A stretch of 64,000 bases of DNA, from the NCBI GenBank assembly GCA_965178125.1, contig OZ237774.1:434001-498000 (forward strand), written 5' to 3'. Under the pieces are notes generated by a model. That model saw nothing but the letters and a program-made list of their open reading frames with translations. It had not been told where the DNA came from and did not search any database. Source of the stretch: Bilabrum cf. latius. Taxonomy: Eukaryota. Shown here one piece after another: positions 1 to 11,269 of this stretch. The position numbers were made by a program, and so were the translations under genes. The stretch's first letter is position 1. Every line of letters begins with the position of its first letter.

Positions 1-8
1 ACTATAAA

Positions 9-500
9 ATGTCAGTCTCAAATCTTCTATCTAAGAACAGTCTAGACCTTATGTCTCAAACTATTACGTGTAATGTTGTGAGTAGCGACGCAATTAAAGT
101 GTCCGCAATTACTAACTCTACGGGAGCAGTCATAGGCAATCCAAGTATTGAATTCAAAGACGGAGAGCCTTATATGGAGTGGGGTGAAACTGTTCTACGG
201 TTTGGAAAAAACGGAGCGTCTGCTGGTTGTCAGTTCAGTATGAGCGAAGAAGGAGAAAGATGCGATATTTCACTAGTTGGTTCATTCAAGACTTCTCAAG
301 AGGGTGTTGTTGGGCTGAGTGAGGTTGCTGGAGCTACATTGGCTGACGCTTCTACCCCTATTAATACGTCAGCAGAGCGAAAGTTCAAGGGCGCTTTAGT
401 GTATAATGGAAGCGACAACGATGTCTATGTGGCGATTGGCAGTTCTTCTACATCTAGTTGGAAATCCTTAGTGTCAGGTTCACTTATTACACCATCTTAA
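9..500 (+). CDS. Virophage hypothetical protein (163 aa; Gly/Ser-rich, possibly fibre/structural)
   Basis: Clean ORF ending TAA, preceded by CTATAAA like other viral genes; sits directly upstream of the penton. Function is a guess. Confidence 0.6.
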   Translation: MSVSNLLSKNSLDLMSQTITCNVVSSDAIKVSAITNSTGAVIGNPSIEFKDGEPYMEWGETVLRFGKNGASAGCQFSMSEEGERCDISLVGSFKTSQEGVVGLSEVAGATLADASTPINTSAERKFKGALVYNGSDNDVYVAIGSSSTSSWKSLVSGSLITPS

Positions 501-556
501 TTATACTTTAGAAAAGTAATCAAACCCACCCCATAATTATAAACGTCTATAGTAAA

Positions 557-1672
557 ATGAGTTCTCCAGACCGATTTTACATTACCGCAAACATACGAAA
601 TAACGAAGATACTTTCCAACCAGCGACCTATAGCGAAACCCGCAAGTAGCCATTATTAGATAAGGATGTTGGTGATTATACGATGTCAGTATTCCGGTTT
701 TCCATAAGCACCAATTCAATACCTTTATGGGTTCCACACATAGAAACCGATAAAGTGAAAAATCCATCTTCAAATCCTAATCAAACGGTGTATAGAATAA
801 GCATTACAGATGAAGACGGAGTAAGTTTGTGGACCTCAAGCATTCAGTGGAGACCCTAGTTAACAGGGGAAAACCAACCATCTTTTTCCAATCCTATGTA
901 GTTTGTTCCTTATTATTATATGTATTCCGTGTAGCATTTTGTTGATTTATTCAACGAAACCATATAGAATGCTTTATCAGCGGATATTACATCAGTTCCG
1001 GTTTTACTCTTTAAAGATGGAAAGTTCAGTTTAGTAGCAAACCCCGATTACGACGAGGAAAACTCAGGACAGAAATTTAAATTAGTGTTGAATGAAGCCC
1101 TTAACGAACTGATGACGGGTTTTCCTATGGAACGAATGGATATCCAAGATGACGACTTATACGCCAGTATTCTATTCAAAACCCTAGGAACCAATGTTTT
1201 ATTCGATGATGGCTCTTCTGTTGGAAAATATGAACCTTAGGCATACTTCGAGGGAAACCCAACGGGAGACTACAGATTAATGATGACCTAGGAACGAGGG
1301 AGTTTAGTGTAGTTTTAGATTTTTCGCGGAATAGTTTTCACATCTTCAAGTCTTCCAGTGAGGAGTGAGGCAATATCCTAGAAATCCGCCTATGGACAAT
1401 CCACTAATACAGTTCAAAATTCAGGTTCAGGGACCGAGAGTTTATTAGTGGATATGGATTGTGTATTAGATGATACTGAAACAGTTAATTAGCAGGTTCT
1501 TCAATACCAGCCCCATATTCTCCACGAAATTGATTTTTTAGATACACATTCAGTAGATAGGATTTAGTTTAATCTATATTGGAAAGACAATTATTCAAAT
1601 CTAAGACCTCTTTATTTACGCCACGGAAGTGTGAGTGTGAAGTTTTTATTTAAGAAACGGAAAGGACTTTGA
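557..1672 (+). CDS. Virophage minor capsid protein (penton), 371 aa with 12 TAG=Gln
   Basis: Manual translation is open from ATG557 to TGA1670-1672 if TAG is sense. Motifs ETRK*PLL..DYTMSVFRFSI..IPLWVP, YYYMYSV*HFVDLFN, IVFTSSSLPVRSE, LYWKD and C-terminal SVKFLFKK are typical of virophage pentons. Confidence 0.88.
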
Positions 1673-1691
1673 AAAAATGATAATTCGTCGG

Positions 1692-1709
1692 ATGGGGACG
1701 CGACCCCAT
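1692..1709 (+). other. Short GC-rich hairpin between penton and MCP (possible 3'-end/polyadenylation signal)
   Basis: ATGGGG-ACGCGA-CCCCAT inverted repeat 20 nt after the penton stop. Confidence 0.35.
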
Positions 1710-1750
1710 AGAATTTTATTCGTTGTATATAATATACAAGGAAAACAAAA

Positions 1751-3517
1751 ATGTCATTGAATACATTTGCCCTTCAGCCAGTCAAAGTATCTCCCGCAAC
1801 ATTAGACGTACAACCAAAGCCTTATGAAGTTCAAGAAGGTTATGAGAACCGAACGTTTCGCAGATACGCTCCATCTGGTTCAGCCGGTAATTATAATTCA
1901 GGTGTGAATTGGAATATTAGTATGCCTTCAGGTGTAGGTTTATGCCGCCGCGCATACGTGTCTTGCCGTTTTTCCATTACCTTTTCCGTGAATAATCAAA
2001 CCGCAGGTGCTCTCGTACCATTTACACCAGATTACGATGCTCCACGCTCATATCCACTTAATCGCTCCATTGCAACACAGACAGTTGGTATCAATAACAT
2101 TCGCTTTACTTAGAATAACGCGGAAATAATGGACGTAGTGTCCCATTGTTTAGATGATGATGTTCATCGTGTGAATTGCCTTGATAGTGTGTATAGACGC
2201 GACAATGTGCCTTCATACGCGATGATGAGTTAGGCTACAAATAACGCTCTTGCTTCGTATGAGGACGTGCTTTAGGACCAACCCGCAAGAGGAAGTGGAT
2301 TTTATAACTTGGTTCAAATGGATAACACTCCAGTGCCCGCAGGTCAAACGCAAAATCGTGTTCTTGTCTTTGAATGTACTGAGGCGGTTCTTTGCCCACC
2401 TTTCCATTACGAAAGTAAATAGGAACAACCAGCCATTTTCGGTTTAGAAACTCTTTCCTTGGATATCAATTGGTCGCAACTGAGTAGAACCGTGTGGTCT
2501 CGTATTCCACAATAGGACTTAACTGCTACCGTTTAGTCGGTAGATGTCCAGAACCCCTATTTATACCTTGAATAGATTACCCCTAAAACAGGGTTTGTCC
2601 TTCCAAAACAGGTATCCTATGATATTTTTGAAATGACTTCATATACTCAAAGCTATGGTGCAACAATCAGCGCAGGAACAACAGCAACTCTTACGAACAA
2701 CAATATTAAACTTAGCAATTCAGTTCCATCTCGTCTATTTGTGTTTGCCCGTCGCTCACCTACCAGCGTCTCAGTAGATTAGGGAAACACATTCCTTGGA
2801 ATTGAGGGAATATCTATTGAGATGAATAACCAAAGTGGATTACTCGCAGATGCTTCACCTCAGTAGCTATGGGACTTATCCAGAAGCAATGGACTTGAAT
2901 AGCAATACGCGGAATGGGCTATGCGTAAATTCGGGGATAGGGTGCTATCAGGCGCAATTCTCTCCATCGACCCCGCCAAGGATTTGAGCCTAGATGTAGA
3001 TTAGACAAATGGAAGCAACGGCTCTAACCAATTGTCTATCACCCTACGAGTGAAGAATAATGATGTTGTAGATTACCAAAATGTGTAGTGTGTGGTTGTG
3101 GGATTGTACGAAGGAGTAATGAATGTGATTGATGGTTCTAAGATTGAGTATTAGCAGGGTGTCATCTCACGGGCAGATGTTCTTTCCGCCTCTAAACTAC
3201 CCGTAGTATATGAAAGTCAATTATCAGGACTACACGGTCGCGGTCTTGGGAAAAAGATTAGACACGCCTTAAAAAAGTTCGCACACAAAACCGCTGATTG
3301 GGTAAAGAAAGGCAATCTCAAAAAAGTATTAAAGGATGGTAAGTAGGTATTTGACACCGCTAAAATGGTGGGTGAAATGGCTGGTATGGGACGCCAAAGG
3401 AAACCCCGAAAAACTACCAAGAAAGGCAAGGGCTTAACAGGTGCCAAGTTGGGTTCTGGATTAACAGGTGGTAAATCTCTCTCTCGCAATCAATTACTCG
3501 CTATGCTCCAAGCTTGA
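1751..3517 (+). CDS. Virophage major capsid protein (double jelly-roll), 588 aa with 14 TAG=Gln
   Basis: Open from ATG1751 to TGA3515-3517 reading TAG as sense. Motifs DAPRSYPLNRSI, NNQSGLLADASPQ*LWDLSRSNG and IDPAKDL, plus a basic Gly-rich C-terminal tail, resemble Sputnik/mavirus MCPs in sequence and length. Confidence 0.92.
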
Positions 3518-3572
3518 GTATGAAAAGGGTAAACCAATAAATATTTGTCTTGGTATATAGTATATCAAAACA

Positions 3573-4190
3573 ATGTCAGTATCATCTGCTGTAATGGTTG
3601 CTGGGACTTTGGCTCCTTTAATGTATTCTGGTAGTCGGTGTCTATATTCTTGGTGGACGAAAGACGGAACTTAGAAACAGAAATCCTGCGTGGTTGTTCC
3701 AAAAGGCTCTGGGAAAACTACTTTGTGTCGCTCTATAGAAAGTGTTGATAAAGACACTTTGGTCATTGACTTAGATGAATGCGTAAATGGTTAGATTTCA
3801 GGGTAGGAAAAATAGAAAATGGAGAAAATGCTAATTGATGGTGATGAAAGCACCCACCGTCTCTTTTATTACTCTTAGTCAAGATTAGTGTATGAAAAAA
3901 TTAAAGCGGATTGGCTCACAAAGAAATCCAGGCGTTTAATTGTTATGGTTGGTTCGTTGGAATTAGCGAAAGATTTATTTAAGGAAAGTTCAATTTTTGT
4001 GTGTGTGCCTTCTCACAGTCTTTTTGAGGAAATCCGTGAAGGGAAAAAATCGGGGGACTTATTGTCTGTAGAACGCTCAAGAACGAATTTAATCGCTGGA
4101 TTACATTAGAGTTAGTACTGTGTCTATTCATCCTTTTAGCAACTGGAGGAATTCGTCCGGAAAACCTTCGGTCTTGGAAGTCGTCTATGA
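3573..4190 (+). CDS. Small P-loop NTPase/kinase-like protein (205 aa)
   Basis: Open with TAG read-through to TGA. Walker-A-like CVVVPKGSGKTT followed by hydrophobic strand LVIDLD. Confidence 0.7.
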
Positions 4191-4215
4191 GTTTTTTAAT
4201 ACAAGCCTATACTAA

Positions 4216-5472
4216 ATGGATAGTTTTTATACACTTAGTGGCGGAAAAATGAATTCTGGTTTTGTTAAGACGTACATTAGTGTCAAAGAACCAAAGAGTA
4301 AAACAACAAGGACATGGAAAAGTGAACATCCTTATTCTAAAGAAGCCCTTGAAAAAGCAATTAAGTTTGAAGATGGTGTGCGAAGCACCCCCTCTCGGCG
4401 CAGTTAGCTGGCGCAACAGCTTAAAGATGGTGTGGGAACAAAAGGAAAACCAAAAAAGAAATCCTAGAAGAAATCCACACAATCCAACACACTTCATTAG
4501 TATTTAAAAGATGGTTTGCGAAGCACCCCCTCTCGGCGCAGTTAGCTGGCGCAACAGCTTAAGGGTGGAGTAGTGTATGGGAATTCAAACGAAGTCCAGA
4601 GAACACTACAGCAATACGGGGATAGAACAATTATAGCTATGAAAGTAATTAGAACCCCCATTAGTGGCGCGATTAATCGGTTGCTTAACTGGATTACCCT
4701 TGGAAAAATGAAAAAGTTAAAAAATAAACACGGATATAATGATTTTTTTCACTTAGCCTTAGAGTTGAACCTTGGAGGTGGAAAAAAGATTTATCTTGAG
4801 AAGAATGAGAGGGTTAATTTGTCCTCAAGATTTTCCACCAACAAGAAAACACAAACTATGGAAGTAAATATTAATGGAAAACCTTAGAAAACAGTAAGGG
4901 AATTATATGAAACCACTTTACAGAAAATAGGAGAATACAATTTTTATTAGTATCGTGCTTTCTCGTTGAATTGTCAAAAGTTCATTTAGGATGTTCTACG
5001 CACAAATGGGTTTTTGACACCACCCTTAAACCAATTTATTATGTAGGATGTAGAGAGTATTGCTAAGAACGTATCGGGATTTACTAAGAGAGTGGCTAAT
5101 GCTGCTACTGATGTGGCTGGGTATTTTTCCAAATGGTTCGGGAGAGGTTTAGATGATTTACCGGAAGATGTAAGAAACGCTTTAAGAAAAAATTAGGAAA
5201 AGCATAAGTAGAACACAGAAAGGGATTTTGGACAAGATTTTAAGGAAGGTTGGGATTTAGCAACTAAAACAGTTGGAAGACCAATTATGAAAGAAATCCA
5301 TTCGCATACGAATGACCCAGTATCGGGTATGTATCTGGAAATATTTGGAGGTCAATGTCAGTGTGAAACAAAACGTTCAAGAGTTATGAAAATGGCGTCC
5401 ATTTTAAGAGGAAAAGGAATATCCAAGAAGACAGCACTTAAGTAGGCTTGGAAAATGTTTGCGTATGATTAA
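4216..5472 (+). CDS. Virophage protein with permuted papain-like (PPPDE/LRAT-type) domain and basic C-terminal motif (418 aa)
   Basis: Open from ATG4216 to TAA5470-5472 with TAG sense. His-before-Cys arrangement FFHLAL...LEKNE...YRAFSLNCQKFI*DVL. Confidence 0.72.
4370..4562 (+). repeat. Two copies of a 55-bp GC-rich hairpin-forming repeat (4370-4424, 4508-4562) inside a viral CDS
   Basis: 54/55 identical; contains TGC-GAA-GCA and AGCTG-GCGCAA-CAGCT hairpins. Confidence 0.85.
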
Positions 5473-5492
5473 TTTATGATTGTGTATAGTAA

Positions 5493-6134
5493 ATGGCGGG
5501 TGTTGATGATTATACCGAAGAACAACTACATTTACTGGCTAGTTAGCCACATCAGAGTTTGGGGAAAGACGCTAGACAAGCACTAGCAATTTTGAAAGGA
5601 TTGAGGAAGCACTAGAGTATAGGGGAAAAGTACGCTAATCGTGTATATGTAAACCCTTAGGAAAGGGAAATGATGGAAATGCTCGCCGAAAAGACCGAAC
5701 AAGAATTTGATACGCTAGGAATTGACAAAGATAGTGATGGTGATTATGACGTGGGTATACTAAAATTCTTATCACCATCACTACACGAGCAACACGACAC
5801 AACACTTGATGATTTTAATTAGGCAATTCATAGAAAATATGCGTCAGAACGGAGAGATACTATGCGTGAATTTTTTGATGCTAGAGAGAAGGGAAATAGT
5901 TAGAAAGAACTATTATCATCGAGATAGGCTAGAGTAATGCGAATGGGTGGTGAAGTGCCTGATTGGGGCTCGAACGAAAGAGCGAAGTAGAGTTTTAAAC
6001 CACAAAAAACTGGAAAAGGGAGGCGCCGTCGGAAAAACCCAAAAGCAAAACTAGCAATGAAAATCGCTCAGTAGTTAAGAGGTAGAGGATATGGGAAAAG
6101 TGATGCTCTAAAAATTGCTTGGTAGAATGTATGA
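5493..6134 (+). CDS. Virophage hypothetical protein with basic C-terminus, possible core/DNA-condensing protein (213 aa)
   Basis: Open ATG5493 to TGA6132-6134 with TAG sense. Ends GKGRRRRKNPKAKLAMKIAQ*LRGRGYGKSDALKIAW. Confidence 0.7.
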
Positions 6135-6175
6135 CTTAAATCTAACTCTATAGTATAATACTATAGAATACAAAA

Positions 6176-6448
6176 ATGACACTCAGTCATTCAGAAAGAA
6201 AAGAACAGGATAAGCTGTATGCCCGTGAATACTACCGGAAAAACAAGGAAAAACTTGGAGAATAGATAAAGTGTTCCTGTGGTGGTGTATATAAGAAGTA
6301 CAATAAATCACATCATTGTAGAACCAAAAAACACCTTGATTGGCTTCAAAAAGAGGAAGACACAAAAAGGGAACAAATTAATATTATGGATGAACTTGAT
6401 AGTTTGCGATAGGAAATTTAGAGACTAAAGGAAAAGCAGACTATTTAA
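6176..6448 (+). CDS. Small Zn-finger/coiled-coil protein (90 aa)
   Basis: REYYRKNKEK...IKCSCGG...KSHHCRTKKH motif (CxC...H...H) of the kind common in large DNA viruses and virophages; ends TAA. Confidence 0.72.
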
Positions 6449-6449
6449 T

Positions 6450-8291
6450 TCAATCTTTTCTAAAAATTTTCTTCTTACTGTGAATAATTTGACATTCACC
6501 TGATTGCTCCAACTTCATACCCCCAAGGTTCGTTGATAACTTTAGAGGTAATTCTTTCTCACTAATGAAACCATCCGTGTTGACATAGTGAATGTTTTCA
6601 AGATATGGCTCAATCATTTTGGACAATTTACTTCGTCCAAGTCCAGTCAGAAAGGGGCCCATTCTTGCGTAGGCTGTTTTGTAATCGTACTCTTCGTCAT
6701 ATAGTATACCCGATACAAGTCGTCCAGATGCTTTAGGATACGCGTTCTTTAATTGTCTAAAATTCATACAATCACCATCTCGGAGTGTTTTTGTGATTGT
6801 GTTTTTCTAACATAGAGAACCCCAAATATTATTTAGTATCTCCTTCGCACACTTCAATCCCTATTTTTTATAACCGTACAATCGCTCAATCATCGTTTTG
6901 AACAGTCCATTTGCCTTCACCCTTGTTGTCTCATCGTAAAGTAAAGCGTTGGCTTCACCGTCTTCAATCAGAGACACCTAAGCGCCCGTCTCAATCGCTC
7001 GGTTAATGTCATATTGGGTATAATAATTGTTTTTTCTTTTTTGTACCAATTTAGAATTGATATTTTCAATATGTACCCTAAAAATGCCGTACGGATAGAA
7101 ACCACTTGAAGGTACTTCAAATTTTACGAACTTACCCCTTCTAACCGGAAATGTAAATGTACCCTTCATAATACTTGGATAAAATGAGTTAATATCGTAC
7201 TGGTATGCGTTTTTTAATGTAGTATTCTTGTTTGCCCAATTCAATCCACCACCCGAGGCTTTAGAAATCCATAGTGCTTCAACTTGGTCAATCGGGTCGG
7301 CAGGGTAAAGTTTGGAAAACTTACTGAAATACGACTTTACAAATAGGGATGTTCTAAACATAAATCGTGATAAATCCATATATCCACCCGTCTCCTTCGC
7401 TAATGCCCTTACATTTTTCATCCGTTCTTCGTGTTTTGTTCTTAGTTCTTCCTTGGACTTGACTTCAAAGATGAATTTATCCTTGGAAACTGATGTAATG
7501 CCTTCTGATTGATACTCACGGTCTCCATCAAATAGTAAATAAGAATTCTCGGATTGATACAAGCGGGTAATTAGCGTACACGGTTCTTTAGACGGCGGTG
7601 TAAATAATTCTTTCTAACTAATGGGGGGAACATACTTGTAATGCCCATTTGTTAATGAAACAGTTAGAAGACGGTCAAAATGAGTTTTTCCAGATGTGTA
7701 TTCAAAGTCGCCTACAACATGAATGCGTACTTGAAGTTCGTCTTCTATCTCTGGTATTCTTCTGTAATCAACGGGGTCATCACGTCCAATTTTCAAGAGT
7801 TCTTTGAGGTCGGACTTCGACAATCTTTTAATAGTAGTTTTCCATTTGCCTTTTGCGCTCTTTACATTTACCTTACGACCAACTGAAAAAGGAAAAGCCT
7901 GTTTTATAGCGTTATATAAACAATCGTTATGTTCGTCAGCACCGCCTTCTGGTTCTGGCTTTCTAATAAGCAGTAGTTCAAAAGAATTCAATTTTCTATA
8001 TTCGTCGTCATCGTCGTCTTCGTAGCCCGCCCATAAACTATCTTGATTTTCTAAATCATCTGTAGTAATCCAAGTGCTTCGTGTTCGCCAACCTGTATCT
8101 TGGTAATTGATATTCACCTTAAATTTAAAGTCATCAAACGGATTTTCACCACCATCGTCGTAATCACGAATAAATTCCAAGACATTTTTTACGGTGATAA
8201 GGTCCTCGCTCTCAAATCGCATACTCCATATTGGTTTCCCATTAAGACGCAATTTGGTTCTTTGGGGTTCCGTAAAATCGATTTCGGGCAT
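6450..8291 (-). CDS. Compact B-family (protein-primed-type) DNA polymerase, 613 aa
   Basis: Three same-frame ORF pieces joined across TAGs. Motif A YDINSFYPSIM, motif B KEILNNIWGSL, motif C YVNTDG. N-terminal NDCLYNAI...NGHY is OTU-like. Confidence 0.85.
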
Positions 8292-8310
8292 TCTATAGTA
8301 TCTATTATAT

Positions 8311-8342
8311 TATAGAATACGATAATTATTCTTAAGGTACGA
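8311..8342 (-). promoter_or_regulatory. Putative promoter upstream of PolB
   Basis: TCGTACCTTAAG-N8-TCGTATTCTATA on the - strand; 29/32 identical to the element upstream of the helicase. Confidence 0.65.
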
Positions 8343-8348
8343 ACTCAC

Positions 8349-10010
8349 TCACTTCTCAATTTTACAGAGGAATTTGGAAAGTTTTCCTTTTTTGTTCTTT
8401 GGTGGGTTCTCTTTTATCCATTTTTGAATAGCGATGCTATTCTCAACACTCAGCTGTTTCTGGATTTTCTTATGGACTTGTTCCGTCGGTGTAATCTCCT
8501 TTTCTAATTCCAACTATTCAATCGTTTCCTACTGCTATGCGACTTGTTTCTGTAGTTCTCTAATCTACTCTCGAAGAACATCTACCTCGGATTTTGCTTT
8601 TTCCATCTCAGCAGAATGACGAAGTGCCTAAAATTTAGATTGGAAGCCTTTTAGTAAGTCTGCGTGTTTCACATTAAATTCTTGTTTTCTCTATTTGTTC
8701 ATCGTTGAATGAACACCTACCTCTGACAATAGTGTTTTAATCATAGGTGTACCAAGGTTCTTCACTCTACCGTTCAGTTCCTGCTTTAGATAATTGCGGA
8801 ATTCCAAGACTGTCATTTTAAAATCTCTGCCTTCGTCCAGCCACTCTTCTTTTAGAATTTTTAAAACCGGATGTGCGCCATCAAGAATTCCTTTGTAAAA
8901 ATTCTTTGATTTTGGTGCGAATTGTCCTGTAAAGTCTGGTGATTTATCATAGATTTCAACCAATAACATATAAAATGCCTTAGCCACTTCTGGATTTTCT
9001 GTAAAACGTTTTAGTGTTGTAAAGTATTCTTTGTCTCCTTTCTTTGATGTATTCACATCCAAAACACAATATCTACGGATTTCCTCGGTGATTTTGATTG
9101 GACTATCATTCGTATCAATAATTAGATTGAATGTATTCGGACGACTTTCGGATTTGACAAACTTCTCATTACAGGAAAAGTGTTTTTCCGTAATAAGATT
9201 TCTTAGTGTTGCCTACATGGCGTCCCAAATAGTTGGCGAGGCTTTTGGAATTTCATTAAAATTGACTAATAGTTTCCCGTCCAGAATTGAGTTGAAGGCG
9301 TCGGGTTGAAGCATCTTGTGTGTAAGCGTCTATAGTGTAAGGGTATATCCGAGTAGTTTTCTCATAAGGAAGGTAATAATCATCGATTTACCAGTTCCTT
9401 GTGGAGATTTCAAATATAGTGCTGTTCCCAACTTCTTTCCGCCCACAATAACGTGAGCCAACCATTTCATCACAAAATCACACTATTCTTTGTCTTCTGA
9501 AGTCCACACCTTCTGGATATGTTCATAAATCATAGTCGCGCCTGCTTTTGCGTCTTCGGATAAATCCTCTATGTTTCCACAGTTTTCCCGTGTAAGTATA
9601 GGTGAACCCATAACGTTAATTGTTTGATTGTCGTAATCCACGGTAGGTGAATTAAATTTTCTTACAATCGTAAATACGTCGGTATTCTCATTTAAGAACC
9701 AGTCTCGTGCTGACCAAGTCTTTACTCTTTTGTTGCCCACAATCGCGTAAATACAGTGTCCCCCAATCAGGTAATTTTCAGTAATATTTTTATTCGTAAG
9801 GAACTACCAGACTGGTTTCTGGGGTTCGTCATCACTTATGTTATTCCGATTTAATTCAGATGCTATTAGAAAATACACCCCGCCACCTTGCTCGTGGGTG
9901 CGGTAGAAGTATTGTCTAAGGTATTGAATACATTCCTCTTGTTTTCCGGCATTACATAGGTCCATAAGGCTTTTTGACGAATACGCTTTAGTCGGCAGAG
10001 TGAATGACAT
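8349..10010 (-). CDS. Superfamily-3 (D5-like) helicase, 553 aa
   Basis: Open with TAG sense to TGA8349. Walker A ALYLKSPQGTGKS, Walker B LLVNFNE, motif C LIIDTN, arginine finger IRRY, and a C-terminal coiled coil. Confidence 0.88.
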
Positions 10011-10024
10011 TTTTGTTGTTGTAC

Positions 10025-10056
10025 TATAGAATACGAAAATAATCCTTAAGGTACGA
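10025..10056 (-). promoter_or_regulatory. Putative promoter upstream of helicase
   Basis: Second copy of the 32-bp motif found upstream of PolB. Confidence 0.65.
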
Positions 10057-10067
10057 TACGGGGCATC

Positions 10068-11123
10068 TCAATTTTCTATATCCCACTCCAAAATTAAATT
10101 AGGAGCAATTTCTTGGATTTTATTCTTTGGTTCCCACGTCCAATGTTCTGGTTCTGGAAAATCTTTCCATTCTATTTGATATTCTGTTTCGTTCTCGGAT
10201 TTTATTTTTTTTGGCAGAAAGATTGTCTGAGCATCTCGGTTATTGTCCTCATTATCAAAGTCGATAATCTGTAATTCCTCTTTTGGATAAGCCACTAAAT
10301 CATCCTAATCCACAACATATAAGGGTGGTTGTCTCGGTCTTAGTAATACTTTAGTTATCGTTTTGATTTCTGGATTATAGCGTAAATCTGAAGCACGAAA
10401 ATTTCCGGATAATTTTTGCTGTAAATTTGTAGCCTTTCTGGGTTCTTCTAATGGTATACGAACTCTTGTACCCTCTTCCAATATATTACAAGCGTCTCCT
10501 TTACACTACGTAAAGTCGAAGTGTTCTGGGGGTAAAGGTGGTTCTTCTATATACTTTTCTAGTTGATATTCATTATAGTTTTCAATGATGTTTGGAAGCA
10601 TATCCACCCATTCTACGCTTTCATTACCTGTATTTAACTCATTAACGTTCTATAGGGTAAATATGGCTTTTCCCAACGTTTTATTTAGGTTTTCCACTAA
10701 TGCTTGTTGTCGGTGGCGACCTGCTTTATTTCTTCGTACAAATACATCGCTCTCTTCTAAATATCTTTGTAAAGCGTTAAATTCTTTTCCATTATCTATT
10801 TCCAAACGGTGCTGCGGTTTCTGGACATTACCACGATTGAAAATCTTTTTTGATGCCTTTAATACTTCGTTCTAACGCTTGGTTTTGAGCGGTTCAGCAT
10901 CGGCCTACTTTGTATGTAAATCAATAGCAGTTAATGCGTATTTATAATTATTGTCGTGGGGTAATGATAATAAATCCATTTGTACCACTTGGTGAGGTTC
11001 TGGTACATTTACGTGGGGTCGATTTACTCCTTTGGGTCGTTTTGGTCGTTTCATTAAATTTACAATACGACTGTTGGGATAAATGTTTAGGGATTGTAAT
11101 ATTCTTTCAAAGGCGCTACTCAT
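10068..11123 (-). CDS. Retroviral-type (rve) DDE integrase with C-terminal chromodomain, 351 aa
   Basis: Open with TAG sense. Intact D-D-E: QMDLL, EIDNGKEF, ALVENLNKTL. Chromo-like EYQIEWKDFPEPEHWTWEP. Confidence 0.9.
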
Positions 11124-11269
11124 TTGCTATATAGTTCTTTAATAGAGGTATGCTTTTCCTTGCTTAATTTTAATATTTCTTTGTATCCTATATTGTCAAA
11201 ATTTTTCAATCAATTTTTGTGTTTTTAATTGGAAAACAATTATAATTTGTTTTTTATTTTCCTTTTAAT

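Noticed and set aside
557-11123. Viral genes as stop-riddled pseudogenes
   Set aside because: All interruptions are TAG, with no internal TAA/TGA or frameshift. Active-site motifs are intact and host genes show the same pattern.
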